Source of the DNA: Bugula neritina
Taxonomy: Eukaryota > Animalia > Bryozoa
Assembly: GCA_964035545.1 (NCBI GenBank)
Contig: OZ037767.1
Coordinates: forward strand, 31,388,628-31,452,627
DNA: 64,000 nt
Direction of reading: 5' to 3'
The first letter of the stretch is position 1; each line of letters starts with the position of its first letter. The notes below the pieces were generated by a model that did no database searches, had not been told where the DNA came from, and saw only the letters and a list, made by a program, of their open reading frames with translations. Shown piece by piece: positions 20,701 to 52,000 of the stretch. The translations under genes were made by a program, and so were the position numbers.

Positions 20701-23700
20701 TAAAATATTGGAAAGGGAGTCATACTAAATGTCTTGGTAGAAGAAAAGTGTGATTAGGTGACACTAAGGCTTCTTTTCAGGATAACTATTCATACAAGCT
20801 ACCACGTTTATGCTATGTTGCTACGCTTATGCAAAGTGCTCCTCCATGACATCTAAAAGACAAAAGGCTTAGAAAACCAAGGTCAGCAATGCTGTTTGCG
20901 ATGTGCCTTCAACTTATATACTTTGCCTCCTACAGATGAAGCTATCGGACAATGTCACCAGAGCACACCTCCAGGTAGCCATATGAAACATCGGCATTAA
21001 ACCCACTAAAACATTGGTAGGTGAAAAGGGATCTAATAGAATCTCTTTTACCAAAAATGTGGGAAATGATGTTGTGCTTACACCAGACAGTATTATGAAG
21101 TGGATAATTTTACCTAATTTGGTGTACACTCGATGACTCTAGTTTTGGCGATTTTTTAGAATTTAGCTGTTATTGTGTATATATTTTTGCCCCAAACTAT
21201 TAAAATTTTAACAAATAAAACTGAATAATTAAGGCTTTTTCAATTATGCATGATTTTCTATGTTTTTTCCTAATTTATTTGTACATTGAAATATTATATG
21301 GACCGTGATGGTTCACAAATATATATTTAGCTCGTATGACACGACGCCGCGTTTAAATGTTGCAGGACCTCTTCCCAGTTTTTTTGCTATGCATAGTTAA
21401 AATCAACAAATTCTATTACTCTATATAGTAGGTTTTCATTAATTTTGAGCAAGCATTAAAATTTTTGATCATAATCTGCTAATGTGTGCTAAATAAAGTA
21501 AAATGGCCCAAATTCATTAAATGCTCCTGTGGAAGCTAACAATCATGCAAAACAACAAAACAACGAGATATGCCTGTTCTAGTACATCTATCCCATGCAC
21601 AGAGTTCTGTCCTTGTAAAGCAGTAACAGGAGTGTGCTGCAATGAACTAACATTTCTAACAAATGCTAATGATAGAAAAAAATGAGAAAGGTGTTTAATA
21701 TGAACATGAGCAAAAGTTCGTCACATCTGTATGATTATATATATGTTCCATTTTAACTTTAGCTGAGCATTATGCCTCTGCATCTTTTTCACTTTCTATT
21801 CACTGGCAATAAGCAATGTTTTTCTTCTTATATCTGTCCAAACAATTATTCAAAAACCTTGTATCATTTCTCTGCACCATATATGATGTTTGATTGAAGC
21901 AATTCCGATTTTTGAGCTGAGCAACATGTCTCCTGGTTTTTTACTTTGATTAATTTTGCACTGGAAGAGCACATATTTATTCCAAAAATGCGCATCTATT
22001 TGAATCATCAAAAAAAGTTTGTTTTTGCAATATAATATAGACTTTATGCCTATTAGATTACGGTTTTTTCAAAATTGGCGGCCATCTTGGATTTCTCGAA
22101 ATGCTCAAGGGTGGCAGGTCTACACCCACCTGGAAACATTTACCTGGACCCTCAAGATAAATAATCAAGAGAGAAAAAAACTTTATCGGAGATTGCGAAC
22201 CTAACCCCCAGTTCTGCCAGACTATAGAGGCTGAAAAGATTTTTCTGCTAATATCTGAGTACATTGCTAATATCTGAGTACATTGCTAATATAGTTGATT
22301 AGGCAACACGCATACAAACAAGGGCAAACAACTTCAATGTAGAAAATTGCAAGAACCTGTTTTTAGATGGTGGAGACTTTCTAGTAGTTTGTTTCACACA
22401 CTGACTGCCACCGCAGGTAGAGGCTGGACAGCAAATCTCATTCCCAGGACACGTCTTTCCTCCAATGACGCACTCGTTTATTATAGTCACCTGACGACAT
22501 ATGCTTGGCAGCGGTCTAGCCACTTCTATGAGGCAACCCCTGAAACACTCTGTTATTGTCACTTTTGCTAGTCTTTAATTAAATTAATAAAATATAGTAA
22601 CTATTAGAATAAAGTTAATATTACAGGTAATCAACGGCTCTAATAGAACTATAACCTGGAACTGCTTATTAGTTGAATCTTGACTTTTGGAAGCCTTCCA
22701 GATGTATTTAAAAAGGCACACTGTTTTGGACTGACCACAATAAAATATTTGTAAGCCATCATACTTATACCTTGGCCGCTTTCCAGGTCTTTGTTTACGA
22801 CGCTGCCTACGGTTATTTCTGGCAGTTAGTAGTGGCTCTACACAAGTCTTAGGACATCCTATAAGACAGACAATTGAAGTTCTACTTCTGTCCAAAAAAT
22901 AGAATGCTTTTTTAATCAAACAATACATTTTCCCATTCAATATGCTTATCCAGGCTTTAAAGTTAAAAGCAGTTTCAAATATACTGTTATAATTAATTTA
23001 TTGTGATGGGGTTCAATGTGATGTCATATCACACCTCCTTCACTCACCACAGCATTTATCTCCTCCTGGACACTCATGGTCTCTGCTGCACTGGAAACTG
23101 TCAAACGGACAATCTTTGTTACGAGTCGGAAAAAGCGACGTGTCTAGGGGGCATCTTCCAGGTTTACCTCCTCTTTTCTTGCTCAAAGTTACTGTGTGAT
23201 TGTACAGTAGGTATATGATATTGTACAGTAGGTATATGATATTGTACAGTAGGTATATGATATTGTACAGTAGGTATATGATATTGTACAGTAGGTATAT
23301 GATATTGTACAGTAGGTATATGATATTGTACAGTAGGTATATGATATTGTACAGTAAGTATATGATATTGTACAGTAGGTATATGATATTGACAGCAGGT
23401 ATATGATATTGTACAGCAGGTATATGATATTGTACAGTAGGTATATGATATTGTACAGCAGGTATATGATATTGTACAGTAGGTATATGATATTGTACAG
23501 TAGGTATATGATATTGACAGCAGGTATATGATATTGTACAGCAGGTATATGATATTGTACAGTAGGTATATGATATTGTACAGTAGGTATACGATATATA
23601 GCTCTTGCAAGTTGAGTTGTTTAATAAATTTACGACTTTGACTAATTTAAAAACAATAACTGCAGCAATAAAAGAGTTTCTAATTGTTCCCCAACTTCTA

Positions 23701-23928
23701 GTTTAGACTAAAATGCTATTTTCAAAACATAACTCATTTTTATTTTAATTTTGTTTAGATTAATACCCTATAGGCCCTTTATGTAGAGAGTATAGACTAA
23801 CTTTCCCCTAGCCCGTACCTCCCACATTACACCGCATCTCCTGAAAAGAGTTCCAATATTGAAAACTGAGACAAAAACTTACCAGTGAAGTTTACTAGCA
23901 GTAATAAAACCATCAGAGAGAGTTTCAT
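17795..23928 (-). CDS. Secreted three-WAP (four-disulfide core) domain protein, 210 aa; exons 23928-23883, 23191-23048, 22858-22771, 22539-22357, 17966-17795
   Basis: Signal peptide MKLSLMVLLLLVNFTVTLS; domain 1 KPGRCP...DCP...QCSRDHECPGGDKCCGCPKTC; domains 2 and 3 have 8 Cys each (C...C...C...CP...CC...CGG..C); all introns GT-AG, phases 1,1,2,2; exons sum to 633 nt. Confidence 0.88.
18090..22224 (+). mobile_element. Decayed DNA transposon, Academ-like, in intron 4 of the WAP gene
   Basis: ~150-bp imperfect TIRs (TAGTCTGGCAG...aagatggccgcca / tggcggccatctt...CTGCCAGACTA); TAG on both flanks (3-bp TSD); broken coding remnants FGGFSKMLNRKSFP..., REGDWALHL..., LPPTDEA...NVTRAHLQVAI. Family call rests on recalled resemblance only. 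Confidence 0.75.
20200..20620 (+). mobile_element. 5'-truncated RTE-clade LINE fragment nested in the DNA transposon
   Basis: Degenerate translation IKWEDHITNANIRR...RRRPLQWYGHVHRR...R(G)RPKK...D...DEDVDNR, typical of the RTE ORF C-terminus; boundaries approximate. Confidence 0.75.
23200..23592. repeat. 21-bp minisatellite (tgtacagtaggtatatgatat, ~18 copies) in WAP intron 1, abutting the exon 2 acceptor
   Basis: Directly visible; gives periodic SRYMILY ORFs. Confidence 0.95.
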
Positions 23929-24240
23929 ACTTGCTTCAATAGGCAGCTGGCTGGATTAACACACTCAACAGCTTAGTAAAAGCTATACGCACATCTCACA
24001 ACATAAAGGAAGTACATATAGTCAGAGAGATGGAAAAACATGAGTAAACAGGGGATTATCTGTTCCATTAATCCCATGACATCATCAGATTATCTATATT
24101 GTTTTCATGGTAGAACATGCTTACTAGCTATGCTATGAATATATAATAGTCCTATCCTTACAATATAGTATTATAAAGTGGGCTACGGTGAGAGGCAACG
24201 ACTAAAAGGATAAAGTTGCATGGAAACACGATATTGAGAC

Positions 24241-26022
24241 CAGGGATGTAGTGGTACCCATACGGTCCCATACGCCGTATGGCCTAGAAGAAAATAGGCT
24301 GTTCTTGGCCATACGCCCGTATGGGCATATATTTTTTGAAAGTGTTACTGATTAGTGCACAGGATAGTTAGGGCATCCTCACTGAGAACATCATAGATTT
24401 CGCTCACAATCTAGTTTAAGTTCTTGTTATGTTAATGCTATGTGGGTGGCATGCGTGTTGCCTACTTGTGATTGTTTAGCCTGAGATTACACTATGAATA
24501 ATAAGCAGCTATCAACATTCCATCTTCTCATCTCTACGTATTCACTGAAGCGCGAAGTGCTGCGCATTAGTGATTACTAAGGAAAAAATATTTCATTTTC
24601 AGTGTATAAATCACTAATTTTTAGAAAATCTATGAAGGCTATTGAAAAGATAAAAAAGTTTGCTATGCATAAATTTCTCAGGTTTTCGACAGTGTTTGTT
24701 TTATTCGAATACTATGCTTTCCTGCTGAGATATTTGGCAGGGATTGAAAAATAAACTTTTCAGGTAAAATTGGCCAAAATAGTAGATTTTTGTCTATAAC
24801 CTTGCAAAAAAAATATTGAAAATTCGAAAAATCAGGTGCTCTGAGGAACAGGAAGATCTAAAACATAGTTTTTAAATTTTAACTCTAGCACAATTAAGTA
24901 TGGTTTTATTTGGCGGGACTAAATTCTTATAATATACCAATAATGTGGCCTCAGCAAGGCAGTGTCAGCTAGAAAGTTGCCATTATTTATCTTGTGTGGA
25001 CTTGCATTTTGTCAATAAGCAATGAAATTTGGAAAAAAAACCAACATGAAATCCAGAAATAAAATCAAAATGTCTTCAGGAAACAGTACCAGGTGTGTAG
25101 GAGAGGTTAATGAAAATTTATCACTGAGGTCTACAGGTACTATATCCACATTTTGGTTGCGTTATTCCATGTTAATTATCAATGCAATGAGGTTTTGCAA
25201 ACTGTACACCACCATAAGTAACCTTTTATGTTTGATTGTACTAACGTCTGGCTTTACATTTAATCATCTTCTAGGTTAACACATATTGAACCTGTCAAAT
25301 TTGTTCTTTTGGGGTATATTTCCTTGATGTGTCTAGTGGAAGCTCAGGGGTTTTACTTTAAAACCAAGTTAACATACTCTTCTTTGGTGTGCTTTATTGT
25401 GTGCAAGGAGGTGCGGTGGTATCTCCTTATGGATTAGACTAGTATACTCTAATAAACTCCAACTAGGTTTTCAACCAATTTCTGCTTGCCAATGAGTTAT
25501 CAATTCAAATTGCTCTTTATAAATAACCAACACACATTTTCTAATTTGCAATCTTCCTCTGTTCTGTTCTATAATTTTTTTTCTGTGCACGTCAGTGTAT
25601 TAGATATTTGAAGTAATCAGGTTACATTTGGAGAGCACTTGTTACCTGTCTCTATCCTTCCATCTTTTTGAGATCTTCAGCAATTTTTCTGTACAGGTTG
25701 GACTTAGTGTCAATTGAGTAAGACTACATTTAAAATTACAGTCAACAGGACAATACTGAATATTTATATAGTTTGCAGCAATGCCCAGTCGTCATGTAAC
25801 TGGTATGGTATGAAAATAATAGTGAGGTGCACATTTCAACACAGATTTTTTTCAGAAGAATTAGAATTCACAATGGCTTTAAATTGCATAAATTCGCATC
25901 AGAAGCGCTCTGAGGGCTTCGGCGGCCGGGGCGCTGCCCCGGACCCCGCCGGGGGCCTGGGCGGCCCCCTGGACCCCCGGCCTGAGAGTATGGCCAAGAA
26001 TATTTTTACCACTACATCCCTG
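24241..26022. mobile_element. Non-autonomous hAT DNA transposon (1782 bp)
   Basis: Perfect 16-bp TIR CAGGGATGTAGTGGTA / TACCACTACATCCCTG; 8-bp TSD ATTGAGAC (24233-24240, 26023-26030); GC-rich subterminal block 25914-25982; no transposase ORF. Confidence 0.92.
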
Positions 26023-26874
26023 ATTGAGACCACTGATGTCTCCAGTCATGCCTATAGGCAGTGCTGCTATCTGCTGCTACATTTCACGGCAAGTATTCAG
26101 CTAGCTTATGTATTTCTAGTCATTTAGAAAGCATACTGTATAACCATCAGTGACATGGCATATTAACCATGTAGTATGGCAAGACTCCACCACAATTAGA
26201 CCTCAAGTCAGTGAGCAGTCATAATCATAACCATATTTAATAAAAACTGAACATTCTTAAGTCTCAGTACAGCTCTGGTGTTATATTTTACCATATCATA
26301 TAATTTACTGGTTACAAGTAGAGAGCAGCAGATATAAAGTCTAACTGGACTCTGGTTTGCAAGGTCTCGGAACTTCTGTGTATTGTCAGAAAGCTTGAGA
26401 CTGGCAAATCAAAACCCACAGCCTATCCTGCACTGTAACATATGGCTCTTACATAATACCTTCATCTGAAACCTTAGTCATCATGTATCAAAGACATGGG
26501 TTTCATATTTTCTGATAGCCATTCTCTTACAGGATTTAGCATATTTCATAGTTTTCAATCAACATAACATAAGAAACTAGAAACTGCTGGTCATGGTATT
26601 GGCTTGTTTGTAGTAACAATAACTGCAAGTAAATGCAGCTGATTACACAGTTTCACCGTCTTCATAAGTTATGGTTAATACTGCTTTGTAGTATTGTATA
26701 TGATGGACAGAAAGGTATGTATATTATATAAAGTAATCCAGGTGTATTATAATAAATACCAACAAGAAAAATATCTCATTACATTTCATATAGAACTAAA
26801 TTTAAGATCTTCCTAATTAGCAAAACTACAATAGCATTGCTTACAACATACTCTGTACAGCCTAGAAACATGTG

Positions 26875-27240
26875 TACAGAATATATGCACTGCATCACTG
26901 CAGAATATATGCACTGCATCACTGCAGAATATCTGCACTGCATCACTGCAGAATATCTGCACTGCATCACTGCAGAATATCTGCACTGCATCACTGCAGA
27001 ATATCTGCACTGCATCACTGCAGAATATATGCACTGCATCACTGCAGAATATATGCACTGCATCACTCCAGAATATATGCACTGCATCACTGCAGAATAT
27101 ATGCACTGCATCACTGCAGAATATCTGCGCTGCATCATTACATAATATATGCACTGCATCACTGCAGAATATCTGCACTGCATCATTACATAATATCTGC
27201 ACTGCATCATTACATAATATCTGCATTGCATGATTACAGA
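26875..27240. repeat. 24-bp minisatellite (tgcagaatat[a/c]tgcactgcatcac) downstream of the ABCF3 stop
   Basis: Directly visible; produces 8-aa periodic ORFs in several frames. Confidence 0.95.
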
Positions 27241-27571
27241 ACGTATACACTGTAACACTGCAGAATACAATATTATATGTTCTTCTTGGGGTTTACTAAA
27301 CATGATCTTCCCAGACACAGCATCATCTGACTTTTTTTTAGTTTAGAGTCATTCATTAAACCTGATTATCAGAAACCAGTTCTGTTTAAAGAGTTAGAAT
27401 TAGTGTGCAGCTGTCTTTCAGAGTAACAGAATAACAGTGACTAGTTGAAGGCAGACGACTCTAATATGTAAAAGCTTTCAAATTTTTTACTGTTATCACA
27501 CCATGGTACTGGTGCCGAGTATTGGCTGACTCGGCAGATGGTGTGGCAGCACGTATAGTAGAGAGCTACCA

Positions 27572-44933
<17,362 letters not shown>

Positions 44934-46018
44934 CTTCAACAATTTAGCACAGCAGAAAGAATGTTCATTGACAAACAAATTTTAATTCAATAAAACTTGA
45001 GTTCTAAATAAATGCGAATATAGAAATAACAACTGTATTACTATTTGTCATTGATGGTGAAACAAGCATCCACAAGTTTCTTTATTTGGGAAGTACCGAT
45101 ATACTCTATAATAAAAATGCACGTTGTTTGTCTTCAAAAATAAACACAATTAAAAAAAATTATTTTTTATAGCAAAAATAATTGTAACTGATAATTTTAA
45201 AATTAATGAAATTATTAAAAATTACAATTTTTAGCAATGTCTAAACTGCGGTATATTTTGCAAGAGAGGACAACTTTTTAAATTTTGGCTAATGCTTTTA
45301 AAATGAACAAGTTTGCTAAATATACAAGTTGTTATAATTGTGATTATTATAGGTCATTCTCACGACATGTATTGCAATAACTTTTCCTAAAGTTAGTGCA
45401 GTTTTACAGATAGTCTACCACAGTACTACATTAAGTGCTACCTTACTTCTTCATAACTATTATGTATTACCAGCTGCATTCAGCTGCAAAGCTTCCATGT
45501 CAGCTCTCAATCAACTGCAAGCCACTATCACCTAGATAACACAGATGATAGATAAACTTATGCACAGTAATTAAAATCTATCCACTATTATAAGTACCAA
45601 ATATAACCTATGCTTTATACACATTGTTCATGGTATATAGTAAAATATTACTATTATTATGAGTCTGTACTATTGCGTAATCATAGTATATGACTCCACA
45701 GCTAAACAATATAGCTTCCATTTTGAGACCATACAATTATATTTTAGAGTATAATTTAATTTATTTTTCTTAACAATTAAAATAAAACCAATTAGCATTT
45801 CATTGGTTTTGAATTTTTTAATAATATATGCATGTGTATGCTAAACCAGTTATGTAAAATGACAAAGTAGTAAAAAGTGGTAAATATAAATATAAATTGC
45901 GCTGCTATGCATGTATACAACAGTTATTTAACAGGTTGTAAAATAAATTAATAAACAAAAAAAAGTTAATTTAAAAATATTTACACTTTCTTAGAAATTA
46001 TCAACAATGAAAAGCTAA

Positions 46019-49000
46019 TCACACATCACTAGTCATTGTGCGGTAGGGCCGCAGGTGTCCATTGTTTATTTTACGAGACGCATCCTGCAATCTCTTGCTG
46101 TACCAGGACGTGTCATATTCTTCAACTGTCTGATTTCTCACAACTTTTGACTGGAGAGGAGACTGGTTGGTGTAGAAGTCATACTGCTGACCACCGTATC
46201 CCGAGTCAGGGTTGGAGCTGCCGCAACAACTCTCACCCGGTTGACTCGTTGCTGCCGTGGGTTTTATAGCCGAGTTGTTTGCAAGGCTTGCTGTCGCATG
46301 AGCTAATGATAGAGTTTCCTTCTGTGTGGCTGACAGCTGATTACGATCAGGGTGAGCCAATCTCGGCTGCTGACTTCTGAACTCTTCATATGAAGGCAAG
46401 TTAATGGTTGACTGTGGTTTGTCAGCGTTGCTATCCTTATTCCTGCTGTTAACTGCTGTGTTTGTAGTGTCCTGTTTTTGCCCAACAAGCTGGAATCTGG
46501 CAGCTGGTTTAGAATAGGTTTGTTCACGTTGATATCTGTCAAAAGGTAAACCAGCTTGCCCTGTGGTCATTACTCTTTGGGCTGGTATTGGTTGTGTGGG
46601 ATAGTTTTGATGCCCAGCCTTCTGCTCTTTCTTTAAAGCCTCAGATATCAGTCTATAAGTAGCTGGTGGTCGTGCAGATGATTGTACAGGAGGTGTAGGT
46701 TGGTTTGTTGCTGTCTGTTGAAATGCTGTGTCATCAGTATTTCTGGCACTAGAACCGAGGTTCAAGTTTTGCTGCAATCGGGAGCTATGATGTGGCAACA
46801 TATGACTGGTTGTCCTTGCTTTAGGAACTGGTCGATAGTCATCGTGTTGATCTATTTCATAATCGTCATGAGCTTTCTTGTCTGCTGGTTTTGGCTCATG
46901 ACGAAGATTTTCTCGACTTTGCCACAAGTTAGTTCTGCTTTTACTACTCTGTCTGTTGGGTTGTACAATAGGAGGTTGATTGAGATTCTGATTAGATTTG
47001 AACTGTTCAGGCAGGTAACCATCTCCCATAGCTCTTATTCTGCGTCTTTCCGCTCTCAACTACAAGTTGTAGAAAGGAGAATCAAAAGATTGCATGTGCT
47101 ATACTACATTGGAAAGTAATTTTAAGGTTTGTGTACTAGCTTATAGCATTATTTAGGTGAAGGGAAAAAAAATTTGCTTTAAATTATTCAGTTCTAAAGT
47201 TAATTTTTACAAATTCAGTTGCAGATTATCATAAAGCAGTTAGTAGCTAACAATAAGGAGTTGATAAGGAGAATGAGTTTCGTTGTTTCTACGCATAATT
47301 TCAGAAAAGTTGTCAGTTTTACCTCCTCGTGATGTTTCAGTGTTTTCAGCTCCTCCATAGCAGCTTCCTTAGACTTGAAGGCTCTGCCATGGTAACTGTA
47401 CTCAGAGTGAGAGAGAGTTTCGTCCGAACGAGATCTGAACAAGCGTGGGGGAGGTGGGAACTGCTCAGTAGCCTGAAGCAAAAACTTGAAGAATTATTTC
47501 AACTTGACTATAAATACCAGCCTACATTGCTTAGCTGTTAATTAAAGCATAACTTAGGCGAGACTTAAACTTTTATGTACATACTATATGCATATTTGAA
47601 CAATATTTAATATCTGGATAATTGCTGTGAACAAAGTGGAGAATTTTTGGGCAGCTAGTTACTAACGAAGCAGCATGATGCTTGCACTCCTGCTTGTATA
47701 GCTGCTGGTGTTTCAAATAAACTTACATCATAACGGGCCATCCGTTCATGGTCGAAATCGTCTCCAAACCTGGTTTGAGTAATTCCGCTGGCATAGGCGA
47801 AAGGGTTATCTCTTATGGCAGACTCAGGAGTCTTATCTGCTTGTGCAGTCAGCCAAGTTTGAAGATCACCTCGCAGTTCTTCCAAGTCATTTTCTACCTG
47901 CAAGCAGTTGAAACATGTATTCGCATAGCTTATTATAAACTGCATCAATAACGATTATGTAATGCAATTGCTTTCCTAATTATTTTCACAAAATCTTAAA
48001 ACTATTTTCTTGCCACCATTTTGTAGAAAGAGAACTAAAATACAATGTGTACCTGAACCAGCTGTTTGTTGATGTCAACTTGCTCTTGCACATGTCTGCC
48101 GTAGCTCAGCGATTGTTTCCTGTTTATTGAGTCACCTTGTCTGCCTGAATGTGCGCCTGGCTCGTGTTTAAACTAAAAAGCAAAATGTGTGGATAAATAT
48201 TCAATTACATAAATTTGACTGTTTTTCATTTATTCAAGACTAAAATTATATTATACTACTGTATTTTAGGAAAAGTAAAACTTTATTCTGCATGACTCGT
48301 GTTGACTACAGAATGGAAAACCGTGCTTTGTTTTAAGTTGTCCCACCTTGTTTCTGTTGGCGGCCATTTTTAATTCCGCCATTTGTTCACTGAGCATCAG
48401 TTGAGATTCTTTGATATCTGTGTAGTTCAACTCCCTTCTGTTGGCCGAGTAGCCATTCAAACCTTTCACTGGTGAAGAGTCACAGTGACAGGCAGGGACA
48501 AATCCACACGGACCTTGCCTGATGTTACCTGGTAACAGCCAAAGTTCTTTTAGATGAATAGATTTTTAGTAGCTTGACAATTATTGTCAAGCATAAGAAT
48601 AACACAGGTTTGGTGTTCAAGTAGTTCACCTCCAAACTTGTTTTGCCGACACAGTAACTTATAATTCAACTAGAATAGAATTTCTTCTTATTACATAAAC
48701 TCAAAACAAGAAACATGTAGGCAATTTTAGCAGGTTTCCAGAATGGCCACTAAGACTTATAATAGCCTAAAAAACTAATGTTTATCACATGCAAAGCATT
48801 TAGTATCAGTTACTGTAGTAGATTTTACCTGCCAAATCTCGGTAGTATGCAAACCCAGGCTTTTTGACATATTGGTTATTAAACTGCACATCTGTCTCAA
48901 AGTCTTCAATGTTTTTCCCACAAGACTTGGGCTGAGATTTAGTGGGCTGATGAGCAGGTTTCTGTAAGAGCAACATCATTTATATAATCTATAAAACCCA

Positions 49001-52000
49001 GCAAATAAACGATAAACTTTCAAATTGGACTAAAAGCTTTGAAATGTTTTCATTTGTAGCAGCATAATATGCTGCAATTAAAGTATATAATTCCAAAAGT
49101 TTTGTAAAAAGACATTTGTCCTTATATCACTAATGGCTTTTATAACTGAAAATCTCACACAAAAACCTTATAAGCTGCTCAATGTATAATGTAAAAAATA
49201 AACTATCACTTAGTAAGAGCGCTTTTAACTTAACTAGCTAAAACATAATATTTTAAAATCTCTAACCTTGAGGATTTTCTTTCTAATCCATGCAACGAAA
49301 GCGTTGTGAGATTTTGCTTTACTGGGCTTCTCAATCTGTGGTTCGATTGGTGTCGAAAGTTTTTCTTGACTCCCTTCTGGGTGAGCCGACTTTCTGTTGA
49401 GTCGGTGGTTGCTACCATGAGGGAGGCTCTACACAGAATACCACAACAGACTGAATCATCAACACAATATGCAATGTAGTATGATGCTAGTTCAGAGTCA
49501 GTCAATTAATCATTTCAGCAAATTTCAAAAGTTCAATTGAATTTAACGATTTTATGAAGTGCTCTTTCAGTTATCCTGGTTGATGTAAGCGACATTGCAC
49601 CACACAGAAGTATTATACAATCTTGTGAATAATACAAACTACTAGAGCAGTTAAGTATATGGAGTAATAGTTTGCCTACTGTTTTCTAAATTGTGCCGTG
49701 AAATTGTTAGAAGCGTCCCTTGTATTTGCCATTACTTACAAATGTTATGTTACAGGGCATACAGCTGACTAAGTATATTACTTAGGCAGCAACTAGCACT
49801 GCATCTCGATAAAGGAGCCAAAGCGCTCCGAGTGAGATTAATTAGATGAGATGAGATGAGATGAGATGAGATGAGGACAGCAAATTTCTGACTCACCAAT
49901 GCTACTGATGTCTGGTTTATGATTTCAATAATTTCTAGGTTGTCCTTCCTTCTTGCTATATCCACAGGTGTCTCCTCTTGCTATCAAAAGAATTCAACAG
50001 TTTATTGTATTAATCTCACATATAACTGACAAGAAAGCTATAAAGCTGTTTATTTACAGGCTATAAACCATGCAGTTTTATACTCAGTACCTATAAGTTA
50101 TGTTTGATGGTATTCTCACTAGGTTTAAAACAATTTGTTGAACAAGCTTTTATAAAATAATGAATGCATAGTGTCATAGTATTTTAGTGTTTATGTAATA
50201 CACTATTATATAGGTTTCTGGGTATAAAAAGGCCATTGTGCATAATAATATGGTATATAAAATGACATTCCAATTTGATGTAAATTTTTTATAAATTTTG
50301 CAAGCAATTTAGCTGGTCATTTCGTAACGCCTACTGCAATGCGAAGTGCTCCACTTTCTTGGCATTTACATTGTTAGATGATAAATGTATTTAGCATATG
50401 TTATAGGTACATATCTACTTACGGAATAAAACTAACCACAAGGAAATCAAAAACAGATTAAACTAAGCATTATAAAGTTTGTGGAGGTAATAACCCATTC
50501 AGTTATTTTAACTACTAGATCTTCACTGGCTGAAAACTTGAGTTAGAAACTGTAGGCCAGTTAATGGGTTAGTTATCCATAAGAGCCCCTAGTTAGATTC
50601 AGTGTAGATATACTAACTGAGACATACAACTCAAATAATAAAATGCCTAATAGTATTCAATTCACACCTCAACGTTTCTGGAAAACACAAGCACTATCAC
50701 ATCAAGTTAACAAAAACTATTTTAACCGACTGTCAACAACTCCTGGGTCAACTAACAGCAGTTTTATTACATCACAGGTCCCCCCCTCCCCCCCCCCCTC
50801 AATAAAATGTATTGCTTACTATATATATATTTATTAAACTAATACATTGAAATAAACAATATTTTTCTGCAAGACGAAGGTAGTCTAATTTACCTTGTTT
50901 TTAATAGCAACTAAGGCGCCAGCATCCACTAATAACTTGGCAATCTTTCTTCTTTTGAATGCTGCCGTAATATGCAAAGCTGTATCTCCGTTTTTATTTT
51001 TCTCGGCAATAGAGCACTTGGCGCTAATGAGTATCCTAGCTATACCAGCATGACCGTACCTTGCTGCCGTATGCAATGGGGTGTCTCCGTACTAAAGAAA
51101 TAACAATTGTACTGTAGAGATGCATTTACATTTCTTGATGTTTAGTATTAGCAAATAGCAACTAGAAACTAGCTTCTAGCAATTAGACTAGAAATGAGCT
51201 GTCGGATGATGCCTGGTCACATGAATGCTCTACTTTTAGCATTCCATTGAATCAAACTCTTCTAGTAGGTGACGCTATGCATGAATGATGGGTTTTAAAA
51301 GTTGACAGCGTATTTCAGCATATGATAGTCTGCCACCATAGCTTATGGATTATTATTGTGATTAATTACTCGTGTCTGGTAATAACAATTATATAGAAAT
51401 AAATTATCAAAAATTGTTTCATCTCTAAGCCACAGTTGTTGGAGGCTAGCTATGTGTGGGAAATACTGTCTCAGGAGTTCAGAAGTTCTACGGAAACTCG
51501 CCTACAGGAAACAGTTGCTAATCAACCAGACTATTCCCTTGATCTCAAGTTATTTAAGGAGTAGAATGAGTGTGTTTAAGGAAATAAATACGCAATTCAT
51601 AAATCATTGAAGAAATTTTCCTAATTGCTGTAATATTAATTAAAGGTTTAGAAATCTTTCAAAGTAATTTGGTGAAAGCAGGAATAAAATTTAGATTATA
51701 TATATTTGATGATTATATTCTTCTCTAGAGGTCAAGTGGGGGTCATTTACTTACATTATTCTTAACATCTGGGCTACATCCTCCATACAGTAGAGTTCTA
51801 CCAGACTGATTGTGCCCACTCTGAGCTGCAAGGTGGAGGGGTGTGCACCCAGCCTGTAAATACAGATAGAGCTTGTAGTCTATAGTTATTCTTAAGTACA
51901 TTAGCTATAAAAAACTTTCTTAGAGTTAATTTTATGTTCTTCGGTTAGAAATAAAATGGCCACATCTTTCCATCTTAAAAGTCGCTGCTGCTGCTGCTAC

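Noticed and set aside
25714-26127. 137-aa ORF as a hAT transposase remnant
   Set aside because: Crosses the element's TIR into flanking DNA and has no BED, DDE or dimerisation motif
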